A DNA stretch of 34,126 bases, from positions 1-34,126 of the forward strand of contig JAZDIZ010000087.1 of the NCBI GenBank assembly GCA_043804515.1, given 5' to 3'. Under the pieces are notes generated by a model. That model had not been told where the DNA came from. It did no database searches and worked only from the letters and a program-made list of their open reading frames with translations. The stretch is from Pseudomonadota bacterium (GTDB lineage Bacteria > Bdellovibrionota_G > JALEGL01 > DATDPG01). A program made the translations under genes and the position numbers. Below are positions 8,488 through 15,659 of this stretch, piece by piece (within the stretch, counting starts at the first letter, position 1; every line of letters begins with the position of its first letter).

Positions 8488-10770
8488 ATGCGAAGAACAT
8501 ACCTTCCTTTCCTCGTCTTTCTTTCCGGGGCCTGCGCGCTGGCATACGAGATCGCGTGGGGCCGGATGTTTTCCAATGTGTTTGGGAATTCGACCCACGC
8601 CATCGCTCTTGTCGTGGCGGTGTTCATGGCCGGGCTCGGTGTGGGGGCGTTCATATTCGGGGGCCTTGTGGATCGCGCCCGCAAACCCCTTCTGATCTAT
8701 GCAGCCCTCGAAGCCGGAATCGGCGCTTTCGCTTTTCTCGTCCCCGTTTTCCTCGAAGCCGCGGATCCATGGATCGCCCGCCTGTATGCGGGGGGCGCTC
8801 CACAGGCAGGCACTCTTCTGGCCGTCCGCCTCTTAATCGCAACGCTCGCACTCGCCGTGCCCACGTGCCTGATGGGAGCGACGCTTCCGGTCGTGACCAA
8901 GTTGGCCGTACGCGGACCCCAGGAGTTTGGGAGGAAGCTCGGCCTCTTTTACGGCTTGAACACGGCCGGCTCGATGGTCGGCTGCGTTCTGACCGGTTTT
9001 TTCCTCCTTCCCGGCCTGGGTGTCACGGCCACGTCGTATTCCGCCGCGATTGTGAACGGCCTGATTGCCGTGTCGCTTTTGCTTCTTCAGTTTTCCGAAG
9101 ATCGGGGTGTAGCGAACGAGCCTCGTAACGTTTCTCCGCCGGAAACCCCACCGGAGATCCCCGCCACCTTGGATCCGGGGACGGTCCGCCTGGTGCAGTT
9201 CACGCTTTTTTTCTCGGGGTTCGCCGCTCTCTCCTACGAACTCATCTGGTCCCGCGTTCTGGGCTTCCAATTCCTGACGGGGATGGGCGTGATTTCCTTC
9301 ACGGTGGTCGTGGCGGTTTTCCTGGGTGGCCTGGCGGGGGGAGGCCTTCTTTACGGTTTGACCGCGAACCACATCCGGAATCCCATCCGGACTCTCGGGC
9401 TTCTTCATGTCCTGAGTGCCGCCAGCGTCCTTTTCTTTTTCTGGCTTCTTACGCAGCACGCGCTCTTCCGGCCCATTTTAGGCCTGCATCCGTGGGTGGT
9501 CCGGTCGGCCAAGGCCCTGGTCCTGATAGCGGCTCCCACTTTCTTGCTGGGCTACACGTTTCCGCTGGCCTGCAAAATCGTGACCACCGATTGGAAGATC
9601 CTCGGGCGTTCGGTTGGGAAGGCGTTCGCCCTCAACACCATCGGCTCCGTTTTGGGGCCGTTGATCACGGGATTCTTTCTGATCCCTCTCGTCGGAAGCG
9701 AACCGGTTCTCAAAGGGATGGTTGTTTTCGGGGCCGGAGTCGGTGCGTGGCTGGTCTTGTGGGACGCGTTGGGAGCACGATCCGCCCGGTTTCGCTACCT
9801 GGCCGGCGCTGCTTTCGCGGTCGTGGTCGTATTCGCTGTCGCCGGGCCCCGCTCGATCCTCCTTTCCATCATGAACGTCTTCGGTAAGCAGATCGTGTAT
9901 TTTTCGGAAGGATCCACCGGGGCGTTCATGGCTTTCCGAACGCCCGAGGGAATCGAATTGATGGTCGGGGGCACTTGGGGCGCCGGCACGACTCCGTCAT
10001 TGACCGCGAACAACGAGATGGCCGGCTATCTCCCGCTGCTCTTGCACCCGGACCCGAAAGACGTGGCCGTCATCTGCTTCGGGACGGGGCGAACGACCAG
10101 CCTGTTCGCCCGGAATCCGCGCGTGAGGAACGTGGACGTGGTCGAGATCATGGGCGAAGCCCTCGTGGCCGGGAGGAAATTGTTTTCGCATTACAATGCG
10201 GGCGTCCTGGATTCGCCGAAGGTGAACCTCGTTTTGGATGATGGGTTCAACTTCATGAAATACACGCCCCGCCGTTTCGACGTGATCGTCGTCGATCCGT
10301 TCATGCCGCGAAACCAGGGTTCCGCGATGCTCTATACGAAGGAATTTCTGGAATTCGCCCGCGGGCACCTCAAGCCGAACGGGATCGTGACACTCTGGGC
10401 CTATCCGAGACAAGTCCCCTCCGAAATGTTTCTGAGAGCCTTGAAGACGTTCCAGGCCGTGTTCCCTCATGTCACCGTTTGGAAATCCCCGGACAGCGCC
10501 TATCTGTTTTTCGCCGGGTCGCCTTGGCCGCTCGTCATTGATGAGCAGGCCGTGAAGCGGCGGCTGAGCGAACGGCCCCAACGGGGCCGCAGCCGTTATT
10601 TCATCGCGGACGCGTCCGGCTTTCTGAACCTTCTCGTGCTGAATGAAAAGCAGGTCCGGGAGCTTCTGGCTCCGAAATCGCTCCCGCTTTTCACCGTGGA
10701 CCGGCCGGATTTGGAATACCTGATTTTGAAAATGAAGTACCGGGACCGGATTGAGAACCCCGACGGCTAA
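8488..10770 (+). CDS. Fused MFS-like membrane domain / spermidine synthase-like SAM-dependent protein
   Basis: FLSGACALAYEIAWGR, FMAGLGVG, PTCLMGATLP, YGLNTAGS repeated twice (membrane domain); LLLHPDPKDVAVICFGTGRT, VVEI, DDGFNFM...FDVIVVDP, LYTKEF, LKPNG; start placed at ATG 8488. Confidence 0.9.
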   Translation: MRRTYLPFLVFLSGACALAYEIAWGRMFSNVFGNSTHAIALVVAVFMAGLGVGAFIFGGLVDRARKPLLIYAALEAGIGAFAFLVPVFLEAADPWIARLYAGGAPQAGTLLAVRLLIATLALAVPTCLMGATLPVVTKLAVRGPQEFGRKLGLFYGLNTAGSMVGCVLTGFFLLPGLGVTATSYSAAIVNGLIAVSLLLLQFSEDRGVANEPRNVSPPETPPEIPATLDPGTVRLVQFTLFFSGFAALSYELIWSRVLGFQFLTGMGVISFTVVVAVFLGGLAGGGLLYGLTANHIRNPIRTLGLLHVLSAASVLFFFWLLTQHALFRPILGLHPWVVRSAKALVLIAAPTFLLGYTFPLACKIVTTDWKILGRSVGKAFALNTIGSVLGPLITGFFLIPLVGSEPVLKGMVVFGAGVGAWLVLWDALGARSARFRYLAGAAFAVVVVFAVAGPRSILLSIMNVFGKQIVYFSEGSTGAFMAFRTPEGIELMVGGTWGAGTTPSLTANNEMAGYLPLLLHPDPKDVAVICFGTGRTTSLFARNPRVRNVDVVEIMGEALVAGRKLFSHYNAGVLDSPKVNLVLDDGFNFMKYTPRRFDVIVVDPFMPRNQGSAMLYTKEFLEFARGHLKPNGIVTLWAYPRQVPSEMFLRALKTFQAVFPHVTVWKSPDSAYLFFAGSPWPLVIDEQAVKRRLSERPQRGRSRYFIADASGFLNLLVLNEKQVRELLAPKSLPLFTVDRPDLEYLILKMKYRDRIENPDG

Positions 10771-10850
10771 AAGGCCGCGGTTCGGAAGCCGGGACGAAAT
10801 TCAATTTGTGACCAAAAGGGAGGAGGGGTTTGCTTGACCTCCTTCTCCCG
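10728..10850 (+). repeat. Family B element, copy B2, overlapping the 3' end of the spermidine synthase-like gene
   Basis: ccggattgagaaccccgacggctaaaaggccgcgg...gaaattcaa...caaaagggaggaggggtttgcttgacctccttctcc matches the left core of copy 13920 and the right end at 15620-15655. Confidence 0.7.
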
Positions 10851-10980
10851 TCTTTGGTTACGGTTCCACAGCTCTGGTTGCAGGTCGAATTGGTAACAAA
10901 TGTTTCGAATCAGGGAGAACTTAAGTTGACGGTTTCTTGAACTCGGAAGGTCAGATCGTTGAAACCAAACCATAAAATTT

Positions 10981-10996
10981 TGGTAGGGTTCTTGCT
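10981..10996 (+). promoter_or_regulatory. Candidate sigma54 (-24/-12) promoter
   Basis: TGGTAGGGTTCTTGCT = GG-N10-GC with TTGC, 26 nt upstream of ATG 11023 and its GGAGG RBS. Confidence 0.55.
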
Positions 10997-11022
10997 CGAA
11001 TGGGGAGTCATTGGAGGCGCAG

Positions 11023-12402
11023 ATGGTTAGATTGAATCGATACTTCCGGAGTCTGGGTTCATTTGTCTTCGCTCTAGCGTTGGCGGGAGGTTGCACAACT
11101 TCCTCCGTTCGCGATGCGGGGGTGGCTCGGACCGTTCCCTCGGATACGCGTGAAATGAGTACCGCTGTTGTACCCTTGCTCGATACCGAGGGGTCCACTG
11201 GAGTCACATCAGTGATGGCCGGGGTTGTGGATATCTCGCCAGCCATCGACGCACTCGTGAATCTCTCCAACAGCGCGGCGGTTGTGAGTTGGGAGCAAAA
11301 GCTGGGCTCCACTCTCTTTCTTTCTTCGGCTTTCTTTGCTGACGGGGGGCCCCTGGATCAATTCTCCGTCTACATAACGCCTGTGTATACCGACTATTGG
11401 ATAAGGCCAGAGCCGATCCTCAAACAATCGGTTCCGTTTGGTGGAGCGCGGCGGTTCAAGGAAGTTATTCGCCGCGCGAATACAACCTACACCTTGCAGG
11501 CATTTCGTAGCGACATGCGGACCTATGCGGTCGATCTGATTCCGGTGGCCAACACGTTCCTCAGTATCGCTCAATCCATGTTCCCGGCTGACTATGGAAT
11601 CATTCCCAACCAATATCTGCGGAACTCGACTTCCGGTGATGTGCGGCTGGGCCGGGCCGACATGTATTTCGTAGCCGCCAATCTGTTTCTCAGCAGCGCC
11701 TTGATCCGCCAAGAGACTTTCTATCAGTTCGGCTCAGGCACGCTGCGTTCGTTGGCGGATGAGAAAAATCCCCAGAATCTGGCCAATCGTCTCAACGCTT
11801 TCGTCGGCCAGCTCGACGCCGACTTGGACTATAGAAGACAAGCGGGTTCGTTTTTCCGGCAGGGCCTGGAAACCTACATTGCAGGTCTGGGCAGCTTGAA
11901 CACAATCAGCCTGACGAATAGCCAGGATCCGCGCGCATCGGCCGCAGTGGATGCCAGCCGGGACATCATAAATGCCATGCTGACGTCGTATGTGAATCAT
12001 TCGTTCGTATCGATACCCCATGCCAAAACGGGTTCGGTAAGCGCAAACTTCTTCAATCTGTTCGACGGAAACACGCCGGACGGCAGACCTATCGCCTATT
12101 TGCCGTTTGTCGTGGAGGCCGGGAAACTCCGTGCCGTGGAGCTCTTTTGGGACAGCTTTCTCGCGAATGTCGTGCAAGGTGGAGGTGCCGCCATCCCGAG
12201 TTTGAAGGTGTTTCGCCTGGGTGGGCCGTTGTTTAATGAGAACGTTCTCAGGGGGCTCGCGTCGCGCTTGGGTGCCCTGCGCATCGCGAACAGGGTTGTA
12301 TACCAGTCGACACCGTATGTTCCCCCTTCGGGCGGGGGGGCCGGGGGTGGTTCCTCCGGAGGTGGAATGCCCGTGCATATTCCTTTTAGAATGGCGGATT
12401 AA
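11023..12402 (+). CDS. Hypothetical lipoprotein, mostly helical, Gly-rich C-terminal tail
   Basis: GGAGG RBS at 11013-11017, signal peptide with LAGGC lipobox, long uninterrupted ORF; no recognised domain. Confidence 0.75.
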   Translation: MVRLNRYFRSLGSFVFALALAGGCTTSSVRDAGVARTVPSDTREMSTAVVPLLDTEGSTGVTSVMAGVVDISPAIDALVNLSNSAAVVSWEQKLGSTLFLSSAFFADGGPLDQFSVYITPVYTDYWIRPEPILKQSVPFGGARRFKEVIRRANTTYTLQAFRSDMRTYAVDLIPVANTFLSIAQSMFPADYGIIPNQYLRNSTSGDVRLGRADMYFVAANLFLSSALIRQETFYQFGSGTLRSLADEKNPQNLANRLNAFVGQLDADLDYRRQAGSFFRQGLETYIAGLGSLNTISLTNSQDPRASAAVDASRDIINAMLTSYVNHSFVSIPHAKTGSVSANFFNLFDGNTPDGRPIAYLPFVVEAGKLRAVELFWDSFLANVVQGGGAAIPSLKVFRLGGPLFNENVLRGLASRLGALRIANRVVYQSTPYVPPSGGGAGGGSSGGGMPVHIPFRMAD

Positions 12403-12406
12403 CATC

Positions 12407-12982
12407 GTGCGAATTGCAGGCCTGAGCGGATGGATATGTGCGGTTGTTGTCATGGTCGCGCAACCATCCACAGGTCTGGCCGCCCCCGGCGTTCGTCTGA
12501 CGGATCGAGTCCTGAAGATGTATCAAGCTCCGGTGGCTGCCTACTGCCGACAGTCTGAAGGGGCCATCGGGACCTCTGTCGAGAGGACGATCGACTTGGC
12601 GAATATGCCGCTCACGCCGTCGCAGCGAACGGCATTTGATCGGCTTCTCAAGGTGAATGGACTGCTCTCGATCCGGCGTTTCATGCGGACGGCCGGTCCT
12701 TATGTCCGGCACGTCCATTCCACGTCGGCATCGGAGATCCACCTGGAGATTCGGGCCCCGGGAACGGAACCTGTGATGGCGCGGTTCCTCGTGGATTCCC
12801 AAGGCCGGATAGGCGATTTCGCCGTGAACTCTTTTCGTATCGCGCGCAATGTGGATGCGTCCCTGGCTTGGTACATGAGACGCGATGGGCCCGGGCGGAC
12901 ATTGGAACGCCTGGAGGGGGCACTAGTGCGGGAGTATGGGAGTGATGTGCGCGAGTGTCTCGAATCGCTGTCGTTGGAATGA
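12407..12982 (+). CDS. Divergent MlaC/Ttg2D-like periplasmic protein
   Basis: GTG start 4 nt after the upstream stop, signal peptide; IDLANM..LTPSQRTAF, EPVMARF, RIGDFAVNSFRIARN...GPGRTLERLE follow the MlaC pattern (recognised by eye). Confidence 0.55.
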   Translation: MRIAGLSGWICAVVVMVAQPSTGLAAPGVRLTDRVLKMYQAPVAAYCRQSEGAIGTSVERTIDLANMPLTPSQRTAFDRLLKVNGLLSIRRFMRTAGPYVRHVHSTSASEIHLEIRAPGTEPVMARFLVDSQGRIGDFAVNSFRIARNVDASLAWYMRRDGPGRTLERLEGALVREYGSDVRECLESLSLE

Positions 12983-13014
12983 ATTCGGGGGCGAGAGCCC
13001 AGCTTAGAACCTCA
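12981..13014 (+). repeat. Family B element, degenerate left half (B3)
   Basis: gaattcgggggcgagagcccagcttagaacctca vs consensus gaattggggacggagcccggactgagaatctca; begins in the TGA stop of the upstream gene. Confidence 0.55.
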
Positions 13015-13061
13015 ATGACGGCGGAACGGCATCCCGGGCGTCAGTTGTCTTTCGACGTCCT

Positions 13062-13820
13062 CTAACTTCTGCCTTGTTTGGTCTTCCAGAGTTTTCCCAG
13101 CGTTTCTTCGAGATAGGGTCCTAGTGCCGGCGGCATATCCGTTGTCTTGTCCGGCATGTTCTCGAAGACCACATAAGGCACCTTGAAACCCCGGACACTG
13201 AGGCAATTGGGGTCCTTCTTGGTGAATTCCTCCCAGTCGGAATCCTTGTAGAGCATCTCCATCTTCAGGTCCTCGAGCGAATGGAACAGGATGCTGTCTT
13301 CCATTCCCGGTTTGCGGCGCTTCCGGTTTTTGCGGAGCGATTCCTCCCAGGGGACGTTGATGTAGACCGTGCAGGCCTTTTTGAGCACATCATCGGTCAG
13401 GCACGGGTAGGCGTCGCGCCAGCCGCCGTGTTCCGAGCCGCGGGCGAATTCGAAAATGGCGGTCGTCGTGCGGTGATAGTCGGGTTTCCGCGCGAGCTTC
13501 TTCGCGTAATTCCGGCATAGTTTCATGATCAGGAAGTTCCAGTAGAACTTGTCTTTGAACGAATAGCCGGGCTGGGTCTCCCCCTTGTACGTGAATGTGG
13601 GGTTTGAAATGAGCCTGGCCTTTCCGTGCTTTTCAAAAATGTCATCATCCTCGAATGCGTCCCAGAGAATCGGGAAATCGTCGAACTCCTCGAACTCGCC
13701 CACATGGAAGCGGCGGATCCGCTCCTCCAACGGCGTTTTCTTGAGGAAATCGAGGATTTCCGATTTTCCGGATGCCGGCCGGCCGTTGAGCATGATGATG
13801 TCAAAGATTTGTCCCGCCAT
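13062..13820 (-). CDS. P-loop NTPase, nucleoside/nucleotide kinase-like fold, function unknown
   Basis: IIMLNGRPASGKSE Walker A at the N-terminus, IFEFARG, VYINVPWEESLRKNRKR lid-like segment; GGGGG RBS-like element upstream. Confidence 0.75.
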   Translation of the reverse strand: MAGQIFDIIMLNGRPASGKSEILDFLKKTPLEERIRRFHVGEFEEFDDFPILWDAFEDDDIFEKHGKARLISNPTFTYKGETQPGYSFKDKFYWNFLIMKLCRNYAKKLARKPDYHRTTTAIFEFARGSEHGGWRDAYPCLTDDVLKKACTVYINVPWEESLRKNRKRRKPGMEDSILFHSLEDLKMEMLYKDSDWEEFTKKDPNCLSVRGFKVPYVVFENMPDKTTDMPPALGPYLEETLGKLWKTKQGRS

Positions 13821-13919
13821 TTGAAGCCCCCTTTAAATGTGAGTCCGAACCCGGGCCGAGAATGTAGCCTCGTCCCCGCCGGAAGCAAAACCAAATGTCT
13901 GGGGTTGTGATTCTCCATC

Positions 13920-14047
13920 GGAACGCGGGAACGAAGCCCGATCTGAGAACCCCGGAGGCTGAGAAGCCGTAGCCTAAAAAACGAGAACGAATTCAATGGG
14001 TTGGTGTCAAAGGACGCAAGCCTTCCCCCGACCTCCGTCCCCATTTT
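13920..14047 (+). repeat. Family B element, copy B4 (a more eroded tandem copy at ~13847-13908 precedes it)
   Basis: gcgggaacgaagcccgatctgagaaccccggaggctgagaagccg...aacgagaacgaattcaatgggttgg...cccgacctccgtccccattt; full-length colinear alignment with copy 20486. Confidence 0.8.
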
Positions 14048-14092
14048 TGCCTTCTTCTTGTGCCGATCCGGGCGGTCGAGCATCATTTCGTC

Positions 14093-14476
14093 ATGGACAC
14101 ATCCCAGTTCGCATGGTTCGCGGGTTATTTCGGTTTCGTCCTCTTGCTGATTTTCTCGGTAGCGATTCTGACGGTCCTCGGCCTGGTGCGAATTCACCGG
14201 AAGGCGGGGTATCCGGGTTGGACGGCGATCGTGCCGATCTACCATTTCTGGATCGAGATCGGTATCGCCCGGCTTCCGTACTGGTGGATTTTTCTCTTTC
14301 TCTTCCCGCTCACGAGCTTTGTGGCGATCGTGATGGTGAACATCCACATGGCGCGAAACTTCGGGAAGGATCTGGGGTTCGGCATCGGGTTGACGCTCCT
14401 CCCCGTCGTGTTTATCCCTATCCTGGGCTTCGGCTCCGCGACGTTCCAGGCGAAGACACCCAGCACGCTCCCTTAG
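14093..14476 (+). CDS. DUF5684-type small membrane protein
   Basis: KAGYPGWTAIVPIY, PYWWI, ARNFGKDLGFGIGL.LLP.VFIPILGFG motifs; start at ATG 14093. Confidence 0.85.
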   Translation: MDTSQFAWFAGYFGFVLLLIFSVAILTVLGLVRIHRKAGYPGWTAIVPIYHFWIEIGIARLPYWWIFLFLFPLTSFVAIVMVNIHMARNFGKDLGFGIGLTLLPVVFIPILGFGSATFQAKTPSTLP

Positions 14477-14487
14477 AGAGCTTCGAG

Positions 14488-14509
14488 AAATTGGGGACAC
14501 GTACGAATT
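14488..14509 (+). repeat. Family A element, left end only (A3)
   Basis: aaattggggacacgtacgaatt is identical over 22 nt to A1/A2; followed 11 nt later by a family B left end. Confidence 0.85.
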
Positions 14510-14572
14510 CTGTGCGAACGTGAAATCGGGGACGGAGGCCGGACCGAGAATCTCAGCGGCTGAAGAGCCGCG

Positions 14573-15421
14573 TCAGGATGAAGTGCAAGCTCCGGGAAGG
14601 CTCTTGCGACAATCTTGCTTGGAACCGGAGCCACGGTAGTAAGTGCACTCATCAAGCTTTTGTTTGCAGAACATCGGAAGAACGGCTTTCCGAAGTTTCT
14701 TTAGAACGGTAAGTAGTCTTGGATCCGTCAGGCTGGACAAACCCGTCTGGATCGCGCCGCCTGTGCCGTCCTGTCCCACCAGAACGGCCGCATAGTTGAA
14801 GCTCGAGTACACACAGGACTCGCTGGTTTTTGTGGCTTGCGCAAAATTGGATTTCGGCGCATCGGGCTGCGGAGGCATGAACCCGTCCACCATTCTCAGG
14901 AATGCCGCTTTGAGAGCGCCGAGTGCGTCGTTGCCCGCCGTGTCCGTTTGAGCCGTGACCGTGTTGCGCTGGTAGTCCGGCTCCAGATCCGAGGGGTCTT
15001 CAAGCCCCGCCCAACTGTAGAAAAACAGGGGCCCATTTTCGTAAACTTTGATGTTTGCATAAAACGCTCCCAAGGCTCCGGCGTTTGAAACCAGACAGTG
15101 GAATTCGCGATCGCCGGTATCCGTAATCAATGGAATAAAGATCGGCTCTTGCATGTTGTTGAGCGTGAAGAGGAATGCCCCCTCCTGTCCGCCGTGTTGA
15201 CCCTTGATGGCGAGGAACGGAATCTGAGCCTCATGGCTGTATCGCTTGGCGCGGCCTTCCAGAGTGAACGTCTCGATGCGCGCATCCAGAAATCCCGCAT
15301 AGACTCCCACGAGAGTGCGAATTTCATCCTGAGTTCCGGAAAAGGAAACGTCCGGGTTGAAAAAGAACGCTCCCAGAATCAAACCTGAAAGCGCGAAAAT
15401 TCCTGTTCGTCGTGCCGTCAC
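14573..15421 (-). CDS. Hypothetical secreted protein
   Basis: GTG 15421 with GAGGTG RBS 5 nt upstream, signal-peptide-like N-terminus (TARRTGIFALSGLILGAFF), Cys-rich C-terminus. Confidence 0.7.
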   Translation of the reverse strand: MTARRTGIFALSGLILGAFFFNPDVSFSGTQDEIRTLVGVYAGFLDARIETFTLEGRAKRYSHEAQIPFLAIKGQHGGQEGAFLFTLNNMQEPIFIPLITDTGDREFHCLVSNAGALGAFYANIKVYENGPLFFYSWAGLEDPSDLEPDYQRNTVTAQTDTAGNDALGALKAAFLRMVDGFMPPQPDAPKSNFAQATKTSESCVYSSFNYAAVLVGQDGTGGAIQTGLSSLTDPRLLTVLKKLRKAVLPMFCKQKLDECTYYRGSGSKQDCRKSLPGACTSS

Positions 15422-15475
15422 TTCACACCTCACTTGGCGGATTGCATGAATGGAAACCTTTGATGGCAAGAGTTC

Positions 15476-15490
15476 GCATGTTTCATGCCA
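15476..15490 (-). promoter_or_regulatory. Candidate sigma54 promoter
   Basis: Minus strand TGGCATGAAACATGC (GG-N10-GC), ~55 nt upstream of GTG 15421. Confidence 0.5.
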
Positions 15491-15659
15491 CAAAGATCGA
15501 ACTGCAACCAATTAATATGATGAAAGATTTTCAGAAGCCTGTCGCGGCCACGCCTGGCAAGGAGCGGCGGCGGAGTCCCACTTGGGGAGGCACCGTCCCT
15601 TCATCTTTCAAGTCGGGGTCCAAAGGGCGGAGTGGTTTGGCCAACCTCCGTCCCCGATT

